NCBI GenBank assembly: GCA_963702895.1
Contig: OY969767.1
Location: 2,368,001 to 2,432,000 of the forward strand
From: an uncultured Elusimicrobia bacterium
Lineage (GTDB): Bacteria; Elusimicrobiota; Elusimicrobia; 2-01-FULL-59-12
Length of the DNA: 64,000 bases
Direction: 5' to 3'
The position numbers and the translations under genes were made by a program. The notes beneath the pieces were generated by a model. That model was not told where the DNA came from and made no database searches. It saw only the letters and a list, made by a program, of their open reading frames with translations. Shown here piece by piece: positions 36,801-41,203 of this stretch. Numbering within the stretch: the first letter of the stretch is position 1; every line of letters starts with the position of its first letter.

Positions 36801-38897
36801 CGATGCTTTGGACACCGATGCTTTGGATAAAACGTCTTCCGCCAAGGCTTTGACTTGCTCTCTTCGGAAGGATGGAACATAGTTAAGTCTTTGGAGAATG
36901 TCCTCACGGGAAAGGCCCTGCCGGTGCCATCTCCGAACAACAAATTGGATGAAGCTCTTCGGCGCGATCCCAAATCCGACGGCCAGAGCCGTGCTCTCGT
37001 GCTTGAAGAAGTGGAGCCCCGCCAGCCAGGTCTTGAGCCGGGAGTCTTCGCCGCCGAGCTGGTCGGCTGCTTCAGCGATCTCCTGCGTCGTGAGCGCCTG
37101 GCCGTTTAAACGCTTGATATAGAGCGCGTGGTCGGCTTCGGTGAGCCGGTCGACCGCGGGCGTGATGACCACATAGCTCACGTTTTTCTCGCGCAGCATT
37201 TGCGTGATGGGAGAGGTGTGGAAGCCGCCGGTCACCAACACAGCAGTATCGGGGTATCGGAGTAACGGGGTATCGGGGTATCGGGGTATCGGAGTAACGG
37301 GGTTACGACTCTGACGTGACTCCGGCACTCCGGTACTCCGATACTCCGATACGGACGGAGACCCGAGCAACGCGAGGGTATGGTCCACCATCGGCCGGTT
37401 GCGCACCATCGCCATGGCATAGTAGTCGATGCTGCTTGATATGAGCTCGCGCAGTTGAGAGTTCCTGGTTTCTAGTTCCTTGTTCCTGGTTTGTGAAGGC
37501 GGGCCCGAACCAGAAACCAGGAACCCGGAACCAGGAACTGGCTTTAGCAGCGCGTCTGCTAAAGCCACAAACTGATTGAGGCGCGGCCCGAAGGTCCGGA
37601 CTTCCTTCTCAGTGGCGCGCAGGTCGGCGACTTTCACCAGCAGCTGCAGATCGTGTTCGACTTGGACTAAGTCAGAGACGAGCGATGAGGGACGAGGGAC
37701 GAGTGAAGAGGGACGGCTGGATGACGCGGCGACAGGGGCAACGGCTGACGCGGCAACGCGGGGACGCGGGGACGCGGGGGACGGCTGACGCGGCGACGCG
37801 GCGACAGGGGCAACGGCTGACGCGGCGACGCGGGGACGCGGTGAACCGTTCTCCGTGTCTGCGCGTCTGCGCGTCTGCGCGTCGGCCTCTTTGCGGGCGA
37901 TTTCCATCTTGATCATGTACGCGACGGAGGCGATATTGTCATAGAGCGCGTCGCTCTTCGACTTGCGCAGGCCGCTGATGTCGAGGTCGAGGTCCTTGGC
38001 CTCGCTTTCCAGCACGGACAGAATCCGGGCCATGCTCAGGCGCCCCTTCTCAAACTGCTCAAGCCGCCGCTCGAAGATCTTCAGGCGCCGGGAATAGGTC
38101 TTGCGCTTGAGTTCCGTTAAATCGCTTTGCATCCCCCGCAAGAGGCTCACATACCGATCGCGCTCGGCCCAAGTCTTCCGGAAGAGTTCCCGGTGAAGCT
38201 CGTAGTACGTTCCGTCTTCCACCCCCATGAGGGCGTCCGGCAGGCCGCGCATCACGGCAAAATATTCGGCGCCGGTCAGTTCCCCCTGCTTCATCAGGTA
38301 ATCCGCGGCGGCCTGCTTGATTTTCTTGTCCGGGAAAAGGGCCATGACGGAGGAGTCGATGGGACCTTGCGCTCCCTCTACCGCTAACGCGAACGGGAGC
38401 GCTGAAGTATCGGGGTATCGGGGTGTCGGGGTAACGGCAGTATCGGAGTATCGGTGTATCGGTGTATCGGTGTAACGACCTGTGTGCGACTTCGTTACTC
38501 CGTTACTCCGATACTCCGATACTCCGGTACTGATTTTTGGCAGCTTTTCCGCCAAAAATCCAAGGATTCCCGCAATATTTTTTTGCACACCGTAATGAGC
38601 GTGGAGGTCCTGGATGAGGATGACCAGGGGCCGTATCGGGGTGTCGGGGTAACGGGGTGTCGGGGTAACATCTTGCCGTGACGCCGATACACCGTTACTC
38701 CGATACTCCGTTACTGGCGCTACCCAATGGTCGACCAAGTACCCAAGCTTTGCCGGAGGCGCAAGCCGCACGCCGAGCGGCCGCTCCGGGAGCCCCGAAG
38801 CGATCTCGGCGGTGGCGCTGGAAGTCGCGACAAGAGCCAGGCATAAAGCGGTCGCCAGGCTCTGCCGAAAGAATCGCAAGAGAGTTAATGTTTTCAT
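18879..38897 (-). CDS. Giant (6672 aa) multi-domain membrane protein
   Basis: Uninterrupted 20-kb ORF; signal peptide; ChaN/TraB-like domain; HEXXH x4; PP2C motifs; kinase-like; GGDER; two SAM-MTases; REC; many TM segments. Confidence 0.9.
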   Translation of the reverse strand: MKTLTLLRFFRQSLATALCLALVATSSATAEIASGLPERPLGVRLAPPAKLGYLVDHWVAPVTEYRSNGVSASRQDVTPTPRYPDTPIRPLVILIQDLHAHYGVQKNIAGILGFLAEKLPKISTGVSEYRSNGVTKSHTGRYTDTPIHRYSDTAVTPTPRYPDTSALPFALAVEGAQGPIDSSVMALFPDKKIKQAAADYLMKQGELTGAEYFAVMRGLPDALMGVEDGTYYELHRELFRKTWAERDRYVSLLRGMQSDLTELKRKTYSRRLKIFERRLEQFEKGRLSMARILSVLESEAKDLDLDISGLRKSKSDALYDNIASVAYMIKMEIARKEADAQTRRRADTENGSPRPRVAASAVAPVAASPRQPSPASPRPRVAASAVAPVAASSSRPSSLVPRPSSLVSDLVQVEHDLQLLVKVADLRATEKEVRTFGPRLNQFVALADALLKPVPGSGFLVSGSGPPSQTRNKELETRNSQLRELISSSIDYYAMAMVRNRPMVDHTLALLGSPSVSEYRSTGVPESRQSRNPVTPIPRYPDTPLLRYPDTAVLVTGGFHTSPITQMLREKNVSYVVITPAVDRLTEADHALYIKRLNGQALTTQEIAEAADQLGGEDSRLKTWLAGLHFFKHESTALAVGFGIAPKSFIQFVVRRWHRQGLSREDILQRLNYVPSFRREQVKALAEDVLSKASVSKASVSDTTKQPDTSAVAVASAIGRDRSPQTISRILRWGSASAVIAGLGLFFAGPAGAAPAPYVAPHVVQVAGTASRLFYNVGTWSAANPAQNTPGQIGLEILKSMKQAGLFQGEMDWSAIQKAYEQVAPGSLQAGSVIDLSSLPAAVQAEFLKLHPDAMTAALPTLPELSGVVQPGAIPAPPAVDISLWQEMLLSIFNHPYLAGAVLVGLALITVYVGYRLWSRRAARASTAEGETATPPLATAPAVADAAAGREREMTNPLEQFAPGAVPEKPAATITLADGAASARPAREEPTEDDPLEAFAQEPTGRPPDAKAGTAPVPVAPAAPSQTPTPKPVSFYINAPAPTSSAYHFYIVRQDRTIEEIKPEARWDTKDAKPVESEYHFLAGGTRGYRFSVPLPAGESFQFFMTDNILGVDQSLSTANNVIQANQYRLITTTPRMSLVLRENHTVIGRMAPEPTPAPTATPIPVVPPAATPAAAPSVAPIAAVPTAEPAAAAKKVVEEAVMAAEGGLAGPTAELVEGAMAAAAASPPVAVPAPVPALPPGTQRPSSPIVPPAPRSVQPAARPTPASAASTPDTAQHQHEALGKAHQSIEVLLQAAREAGDLGPVNVDRDSLTPQEIAAKIKDLDDELQRWRGQYDEFVQVKSGVPEAQIDALRLDELRNELAQLLCYFKPWILNLSRIRYSLIALNVATEEDTFYVRKKELNIVRLFESNIQEAFAALKDEMKRKTADGKREKAGEDLRAARTLRDEFAKYLSARSGDRSAEAARILAQIDQSLNEAAAKIGASPSGESPAAMDDAQAPPAAELLQDRVDREVRRLRGVVGEQNLTESGRIDSDNPYTTLIEGTYQEIRRGAYTPTTEDDASVVERTAQSAEGMVFHDGMLPHWHAHIPEWLLTTKSLAGKRPIATISINAHASPELVAALDHYLVEASIEVTVKYPARFDNWMDRHDPVTIYLFEELPPDVEEELVRITKPFIRSDQGLFGRKLADGLYLGTGVSEDELLSLIARGRTIDPRLGAALERRFSSPGKPSSASAGEIAAAKRVLHLLETGEQNTPVPVTTQQPGAFSMPGTGGSVSDGTPSKGAPASLAYWMALAMGKDRAVALRWAQNRWIGYKAERVVLGATGLLAGVLMPVLGWIPVLFGLVHWVPMGIVLIRQLRAPPGERVAELTPLAFVKQLAVLTAYSLPVFISPLLSQPIKLLLDTLVTLCAAAGHSFYDQRILYRREYKTFHDLKKTILRHVEMGPAQRHAIRKAAFLVHPSGGSGLALTTDKTGIILIDPTLAHTLSPAQLIWSLAHEMGHVFEAPEVFARRTDPRQFAYVHEWTDYFERAQDEKYADQFGLLMVRVMQPGFSMQDLEHLPDVWERYIESRPPQAASAPRSQLPDLQVLYRGKKRFNSGPRDPHMPTPARMEYLKAQSRLTLTDLTEGLDISLIGVPSQANASVSDKTAKASVPDTTEQRRAPAVPDTPGAKEPGSLLGSLGRALPVILIAAVAAGLLYGAGAYLNLADPSLPLHGIRSAEVSQSMVGGLGALVTSLLVRLRILQRPSVPDTTEPDTASPTNATLGHTPASQESDSRRDLPVYTLANEKRGGLNEDRAFAFQLDGDIQVAAVFDGIAGENNGALASEWVSEFVREELLKLSLVEPTAKVIEQVKDILVRAAATLKANHDDKRGCTATLTIIRPDPGASGHVEVLTFNAGDSRAYAVLPDNASHVLTVDNVRGRFLDGFEAIDQRLRGSQQEFLSSVTRAEQLATEKQRKMFDSRKLVTNFIQAKVPAVPDPQVSRVVVPVGTRVLVMTDGVHDNLTDEAIRLLLERGAHAGKGNIELSGKLAEAARASSRLPKEINIRATDDDITVAVIGAEPQRTSAPRDDSPNVDATSSPPTAQSGPLVAFMLAYIIGVPAIVTGLIGLAAVATTIWLFRDKIRRLLHGKTPGGSLIKDVTDNPVGLDVGGGILRYRKKTGRMGLFLPTETLSTEDLPYPIGLRPMQPLTELPVSFEDIPQSKVVMPEKDVFLVSRIDSGSGGLVRLGYLADGRPVAVITSYPSHPLSPNQLEAQLLRDFRGALLNQRLGVGPEAHGKDRDRDRRWNIVVDITPGDMPEVMAKKLTPQTINDLREIHRRFESVGMRITGDFQYFVSASGRIQLIDPAFIYDEFTHARPDWNDEYLFHLSNLLKYLSADHQVQALSELKREEPKNFSLLEKWNQEEIAGLERRLSRTEFVNIEDEIADRNRVQANLLNANNLKDNLKKVVGMKESDQTERPRVSLEQTSPDALPATNPKRDTEDTPAPPAGDALTHPDTYLAGAILYRLGEPIYLRWRLYRALGWTSRRVAIEKETRLVLGDMMKPIKWQLTPEERRKIEEDFAPWFERRHFRNAQCAQDFVDDHLVSQQDIQAYRQVHPDSWKLNDTAVEQRIRRARGQGMRGIVAAGRAGARQGLLAGLAVGAGLALAVLPLGMAFSQSFHGTMFSLDIFLLSLLTEAILTALSAGLGHRLGGDHANVLAHTFYNEAHANDGAALTAGGPAAPATSVTPTPPLKLGAPQFGEGWHVGKHPAAKPMSDRQMVQVHGPPIDEQPGSGRKGRKPTSKKSEKKPGTWLIPWKNLKPLIGHVVYFVTDAQQRNGKWMLHPKLRPFAKLDAYEALGYSTNQTDRRVKLITVYALTAGPEGVSWIPQKIVGSRVKSELSYGRIICVRGDRGTPVFVDNPLWSTAPVAKENLISSSSLLTPQEHTNRGRRVRSGPSGAASLPMWLALAWGKDANSERVRSLGKWGGLAEASIATVLIGVSLLHPLGWLSYALWGLGFAHVPLAIIANYRARDDLSFFPRLANAFGRGLVQSIIPALIFGLYGFAAVPAVPFLQLTPSPLAIIASTAMIAASHSLFDFLTSGRLLEDLAFQQLKRDVNILGNLADWASSYKRGTFYGAVYDVPSLEDKKFPDIHLDAHGNTNIVLQHRDESYLFIEWDQRGKELRFARANDLIGDKDWSPHPLKENPFQRIQFDPEKSVLWVDVKTEAWESFPEDLKKGLDGLSGVDVRFRRAGDAPPIQMPSAHEQPSPSRSSRTVGAHILPFHPMGTVPPDGTDMSGRPSGTGGPGANAIGYGLGKSVFRVRESTARKMGLLGLVAEIPLLFAASIQFDQGPMHVALLGVLAGWVALHLILQQFEPHRPRGTLGENLKQFARQFVFLLPYFAISFVPGQYPLLYVIAAFFAGLIHLGYDVWAMTRTPSMEARLGEAMTPEPASWSFVIFDFDFGREKNDLLTKPVVNQDYYDRFERLLMQELGKAVGGRVGGDERAFVIRGTPQEIEKKVNQVRRIFGSNENNPHPDLTPMTVSAGIVSANHVRTYEIEIRERQKNTPESEREDLNHPRARFKHARDLAGLALERAKTIQNNIKDAVVVYDPKVDQLPSAKGSKDALNRHHPQADQIDELLAQKGTNAAIPLLQPAKGRIVHFGTKEELHQELAHRDKSYLPEPFRQIVIRLWSFFGLYKAPFVIGSIQFNYSLRDSLGVPADTGRRVHIDRSDPQGPVWMGGKSIASWGKAHAFDQVILADRTVTHQALAEAFEKLPDFQGELWFARGPPDTVFFAIVPAKGHELSENQLTDLREQLKAAVVKAQTTLNGAPNTPNPTPSLLLEGIQVHLNAAVKVYTDEGVNTALDQLDVVQAWQEENIAHAQGQGVGFKLIEPDKKPSDKQDLVHKAILEQNKQAAIISDRKRAEAIARRSLPEPEAREPSAIKLEMRDLLDAVAEAANVELERRIQRALTDARLYPRIQVQGRSIAGVLADEIKKPYQGEKSTTARILTNVKTTLQAYDLSPEDRQNIELCFKQFMDQYGQLLGTLLGWLETLQRGGDLTKQEIADVQRVYMLTDTEITRMTEIIRRGWRNIRERTRSRSPASGGSSEENPRASDAHSTPFRDSTPARIQRAYSSPWHRLTLIFSTLDGISFGLLNRLAGRMSQYEEMASHIGGSIGPNSKVLSIGVGTGRKELFIKKFLQRKGIVSSFFGIDLSEHQLQKAKKNGMQGRLARADGREAPFGDNTFDAVFLFESLGHMPDRQQALREAARVLKPGGRIFIASYGTRSILSVSSLGWFYEYRGDQPEDVSEDLRQVGLENVRLIPLSAYGTHPDYYLLRATKPDNPETVATAIAPAGAATPQSAPADNTPPDARKFLHGLRRNPAATAEAEAIFKRACDRWAEMQDIPPHIRERLLRTTIIVADDAPTFGSVLFDDASLSEMPVILLNTGFLKTLTPPQRAFIIGHELGHILQGDAAFTSILLVDKGLSDRLRNEIEVRCDMIGALLSFDTKLSDAGVRAKEEVPAIFDQFERYRSSLPKPPAWFVGDPLFDPHPPDFVRQGLVSWVNPENQDHVLSLVRRPYIVPIQSGEGIGRDVNTPVVASIVASDSTASPGEAPAPTTQAATQGRILLVDNEKGNLDSYGEDLSDQGYEVVTANSAEDALRKLKDFGPGYFSLIITDRDLSAQGQPAMVGEELIQQVRSIQPGMRAILFTGNNDILKDVEFALTHPDIKLVEKPCSLDTMRQAVSAALGSAGPKAKRRTIPRVFLGLLQPVVLGMFLIAASPVQDAFHGAPAAGRPPAASERIPDTTGIFDMKIILEDAKELPKNAKDIVKAWAEKHSKEGTTLIGKAMSQLNDDLERMGFVCEWQNSGGPLRVNYYSFQKSRIQFFEISGDDMRWLVQVIPARLVSGQRRNVTGFLLQYQQAVIIDEGVVPVAATTHRRLLDTPDAELKDKFGVDSKIARDVLLETFGGITQSEAARKHWETVREHEFLHFWRNMLDRVGSLRPTAPGDSLPSELDAYLGGLAFADNPYWDLLRHLEDLKKAGGPDAKQEHIDVASAVFRLLAREDGLRDILGAREIAQSAGPVSIHDAARFFTALRRAHVPDADIRKAAGSAYEKVIGPPLENMRLVFGPKQPGLAFLTHPNTYKAGLIRKRMGRLAFLRWFFSLNRPKLEATETYQKYLDMTRKGNELKDHELDWIHHHFAPYYLPEFWNFMVRPFLFVAEHQIYDEKEKKFVPQNQYPKAAERLGDGAERIFIAIWSIMLPTAVLSVIGWLYADPSSFWVGLLGGLANALAVLTLGYFAQVLTHKDHQRAEAERERRGETPAYLTASGDAVPVPKRVLRHNALMNQLRAAWIKQASVLENIGDRGWEKIFREIDFTTQKAIRDWKNMKHAAKRLMKFSPISQIDKDWLIRFSQREVLPLDLFGSQSGDIVFEFPDNDSPRLDALKVSSPQIGQTFSDGRVYRAIFFDQHPPKRILVRSSNSKDKSARRDIESLIHKIRADVKAHGFEIKVEEFSAEKIDPAALYHSAPFEHLPSFLGIGGLACEVDQLWLSDIVGMATQGQSLTREEWKNLHDVIAMIAFSTQPPTPTHTVPPAAVRRIQAPVLGTTRVGSGDRDRIDTPSFGGLPPRQTGEESTEIDIFEELMFESSGENRLTLDGLRQSRILNIGSGPRTDGNLVSYLHRLGVKVVGLDPIVRRTKGGDSSYVQGEVQKMPFSDNSFDIAISIALFNNEYFDLQRGADQGPEAFYQAAATEIRRILVNGGRFLMTTGMLDAHPGLLPAFEQNGFKVIELVEGGYLLINHKGSLSAPASDTTVKPSASVVSDTKAKPSASAVTGTRTDTRTQEENILWDVARTHLSDPSGHSRFHRNAFVGKDSHYWEDVFVRAIGSDSYGESLREAAPRVSGQLQRLIHNVIYPTDGSPPTGNTIPADQFAERVLDKVNAYLDADLPVQDDAASSSRPEVQHLSAGELLDHFRLWQAVKGWAGMAVNMARAALSPKHRKHLFKELRAVEAGLNHILKDRGQDPISLLPYGYEDREGDSRTASWWKILTHFGDAAAARRMGRVNIFLPSGMKLLTASHELAHLLNPNEEDESRIIKIAEIYVAARSEQVAKLPAAVGSTVEAAQSAGRRRATINDLVHVAERMVNRPDLAGDKKALSLSKELNSFREAFLTNA
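19932..19980. repeat. 49-bp junction unit (15-19-15 inverted repeat)
   Basis: ggtgtctgacacaac-agaggcgctaggtttcacc-gttgtgtcagacgcc; partial tandem copy at 19896-19929. Confidence 0.8.
32391..32439. repeat. 49-bp junction unit
   Basis: ggtgtctggcacagc-aggtgccctacgttgctcc-gttgtgtcaggcacc; 32421-32443 is identical to 32133-32155. Confidence 0.8.
33582..33630. repeat. 49-bp junction unit
   Basis: ggtgcctggcattga-aaatgcaccaggttgctgc-gttgtgacaggcacc. Confidence 0.75.
36753..36801. repeat. 49-bp junction unit
   Basis: ggcgactgccacagc-agatgtgtctggttgcttc-gttgtgtcagacacc, followed by a short tandem duplication of gacaccgatgctttg. Confidence 0.75.
37246..37352. repeat. In-frame octamer-tandem hairpin (GTATCGGR family)
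   Basis: Tandem gtatcggg/gtaacggg followed by inverted actccgat units; encodes SVSEYRSTG..PRYPDTPLLRYPDT. Confidence 0.85.
37460..37539. repeat. In-frame heptamer-tandem hairpin (GAACCAG family)
   Basis: agttcctggtttctagttccttgttcctggtt ... gaaccagaaaccaggaacccggaaccaggaact; encodes VPGSGFLVSGS..TRNKELETRN. Confidence 0.8.
37677..37883. repeat. In-frame heptamer (GACGAGG) and octamer (GACGCGGS / CGCGTCTG) tandem arrays
   Basis: gacgagc gatgagg gacgagg gacgagt gaagagg, then gacgcggc/gacgcggg units and inverted gcgcgtct units. Confidence 0.8.
38407..38530. repeat. In-frame octamer-tandem hairpin (GTATCGGR family)
   Basis: gtatcggggtatcggggtgtcggggtaacgg.. then ttactccgttactccgatactccgatac. 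Confidence 0.85.
38633..38714. repeat. In-frame octamer-tandem hairpin (GTATCGGR family)
   Basis: gtatcggggtgtcggggtaacggggtgtcggggtaac ... ccgatacaccgttactccgatactccgttac. Confidence 0.85.
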
Positions 38898-39227
38898 CGG
38901 AAAACTGGGAAGGATTCCCTCCCTATTTCACGCTGGAATAAGTCTACGGGATGGGCATTACGGGCAAGTTACCGAATTGTTAATTTTGTGTAAAGATTCG
39001 ACCTATTTTTTCGCGCCAAAAGGGTAGTGTTGGGGGGCCGCTTGGGTCCAGATTTGTGGGCCTGTCATCGAAATGTTCCGCGCGTTATTTCACAGAAGCT
39101 AAGCGCCACGAGATGTCCTGTCTTTCCGCGAGTTTCATTCATCCATCGGTGCATTTTCTCTCCAGATCAATCCAAAATCGCATATTGCATATATTTTGTA
39201 TATTAAATTAGATGTGTTATTAATAGC

Positions 39228-39256
39228 TTGATATATAGAGTTACTGATTCTATAAT
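39228..39256 (+). promoter_or_regulatory. Sigma70 promoter for a leaderless ATPase mRNA
   Basis: TTGATA-17 bp-TATAAT with an AT-rich upstream tract; ATG at 39264, 7 nt after the -10; no SD. Confidence 0.7.
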
Positions 39257-39263
39257 ACGACCA

Positions 39264-40439
39264 ATGCTGAAAAGAGATTGTTTGAATGAATTCAAGAGGA
39301 AGCTGGAAGGCTTTCCGATCGTGACCGTCTTGGGCCCCCGCCAATGCGGGAAGACGACTTTCGTGCGTTCTGCTCTGCCGGATTGGACCTATCTTGATTT
39401 AGAAAAGACTTCCGATGTGACGCCTTTCTTAGCGGACCCCGAACACCACCTCAAGCGCGTTGGAAAGCGCGTGATCCTGGATGAGGCGCAGCAGGTCCCC
39501 GCGCTCTTTCCCCTCTTGCGCAGCCTGGTCGACACGAGCCGCTCAGAAAACGGACAGTTTATTCTCCTGGGGTCTGCCTCGCCCTCTTTGATCCGGCGGA
39601 TCTCCGAAAGCCTGGCGGGCCGAAGCGCGTTTGTGGAGATGACACCTTTTCATTGGTCAGAGGTTCAGCCTCAGACGCCTTCCGTGACCCTTGAGGACTT
39701 GTGGTTTCGCGGGGGATTCCCCGACGCGTTCCTGAGCGCAAGCGACCTCCAGCGTTTAGACTGGATGGAAGCTTACACCAAGACCTACATTGAAAGAGAC
39801 CTGGCGGCCATCGGCATCGATGTCTCCGCGGCACTCATGCGAAAATTCTGGACGCTTTTGGCGCACCATCACAAGGGCCTCTGGAACGCTTCGGAGCTTG
39901 CCGGAGCTTTGGGCATTAATTATCACACCGCGAACCGCTATGCCGACATTCTGGAGCAGACCTTTTTGATACGTAAACTTCCTCCCTACTATGCCAACAT
40001 CGGCAAACGTCTGGTGAAGAGGCCCAAGGTCTATTTCCGGGACACGGGTCTTCTGCATTATTTCCTGGGAATACGGCACAAGGAGGTCCTGGAGACCCAC
40101 CCGGCGCAGGGCGCCAGCTGGGAAGGTTTCATTGTGGAGCAACTCCTCACAGCCTACGCCCGGCAAACGCCGGGCAGCCAAGCCTATTTCTGGAGAACCG
40201 CCGCCGGGGCGGAAGTCGATCTCCTGATGGAAGTCTCCGGACGTCTTATTCCCTACGAGATCAAGCGGCACTCCTCTCCGCAGCGGCATGATGTGCGCGG
40301 CCTGGTGGCATGCCTCCAAGACTTGAAACTTCCACGAGGCTATGTGGTCTACCCGGGGAGCAAAACGTACTCCATGGGAATGGGGCTTTCCGCCGTGCCG
40401 GCCGAAAGCCTCTTGAGAGGCGAGCTGCCGCTTGAGTGA
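39264..40439 (+). CDS. AAA+ ATPase, AAA_14 + DUF4143 family
   Basis: GPRQCGKTT, ILDEAQ, ESLAGR, GGFP, KRLVKRPKVYFRDTGLL, EVDL..YEIK. Confidence 0.92.
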   Translation: MLKRDCLNEFKRKLEGFPIVTVLGPRQCGKTTFVRSALPDWTYLDLEKTSDVTPFLADPEHHLKRVGKRVILDEAQQVPALFPLLRSLVDTSRSENGQFILLGSASPSLIRRISESLAGRSAFVEMTPFHWSEVQPQTPSVTLEDLWFRGGFPDAFLSASDLQRLDWMEAYTKTYIERDLAAIGIDVSAALMRKFWTLLAHHHKGLWNASELAGALGINYHTANRYADILEQTFLIRKLPPYYANIGKRLVKRPKVYFRDTGLLHYFLGIRHKEVLETHPAQGASWEGFIVEQLLTAYARQTPGSQAYFWRTAAGAEVDLLMEVSGRLIPYEIKRHSSPQRHDVRGLVACLQDLKLPRGYVVYPGSKTYSMGMGLSAVPAESLLRGELPLE

Positions 40440-40493
40440 ACGATCGAGGGCGGCGACAGAGCATTATCGAGCATCGGCCATGCCGGCCAATGT

Positions 40494-40645
40494 TAGCCCG
40501 AAATCTTCCATTGACCAGGTCCTGCCGTCTGAACCTGCCGCACTTTTTTGTGCCGTCACCCCGGCGAAAGCCGGGGTCCAGTTCAACGACGATGGACTGG
40601 ATCCCGGTTTTCACCGGGATGACGACAACTGCAGATTCCCGGTTA
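40494..40645 (-). mobile_element. MITE/REPIN-like element family A, copy 2 (inverted, uninterrupted)
   Basis: Reverse complement reads taaccgggaatctgcagttgtcgtcatcccgg...gacggcacaaaaaagtgcggcaggttcagacggcaggacctggtcaatggaagatttcgggcta; aligns with the 59248 copy; its terminus supplies the TAA stop of the neighbouring gene. Confidence 0.8.
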
Positions 40646-41203
40646 GCGTGTTTTCTCGAATATCACTTCGCCGGCGAAGGCCGGGATTTTCTTCAAGTGA
40701 TAGGGCTGGATGGCAAACGGTGGGGTAAAGACACCCTGCATTTTTTTGATTTCCTTGTAGCGTACCACAAGCACCCTTTCTCCCCCCTCGCGCTCTTCTG
40801 TACGAATCTTTCGGATTTCGATTTCGAAGTTGGGGGTCCCCTTTTCGCCTAAGAAAACGCCCACCACCATCTCTCGATCGAAGTCGACCTGCGGCACGCG
40901 CGCAAGTTTGGGGGAATAAGGAGTCATCGCCTGCTGCCAGAAAGACGCCCATTTGTCTTGATGGCGAAAGGCGGCCAAGCGCGGCTCTTGGACAGCGCAC
41001 CGGAGGCCGCGCCACTCTCCGTCCTTGACAACCGGCTCCGGCAGGCGCAGGCCCGCCGGCGGCTCCGGCGGCAGAACGAGCTTCGGCAGAGGAAGATCGG
41101 TGAGCTCGGGGTCGCCGTCGGCAGCCAAGACGAGGGGTGAGGGGCGAAGGGCGAAGAGCGAAAAGAGAGCCGCGAAGAAAAATTTTCGAAGATCAGACTT
41201 CAA
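40643..41203 (-). CDS. Secreted protein with PrcB C-terminal-like domain
   Basis: Signal peptide; VDFDREMVVGVFLGEK..IEI..QPYHL resembles the protease complex subunit PrcB family. Confidence 0.6.
   Translation of the reverse strand: MKSDLRKFFFAALFSLFALRPSPLVLAADGDPELTDLPLPKLVLPPEPPAGLRLPEPVVKDGEWRGLRCAVQEPRLAAFRHQDKWASFWQQAMTPYSPKLARVPQVDFDREMVVGVFLGEKGTPNFEIEIRKIRTEEREGGERVLVVRYKEIKKMQGVFTPPFAIQPYHLKKIPAFAGEVIFEKTR

Noticed and set aside
37246..38714. CRISPR array
   Set aside because: Units are 7-8 bp tandem with inverted arms and no unique spacers; no cas genes in the window
18879..38897. Diversity-generating retroelement or intein explanation for the internal repeats
   Set aside because: No reverse transcriptase, no TR/VR pair with adenine-specific mismatches and no intein C..HN motifs seen
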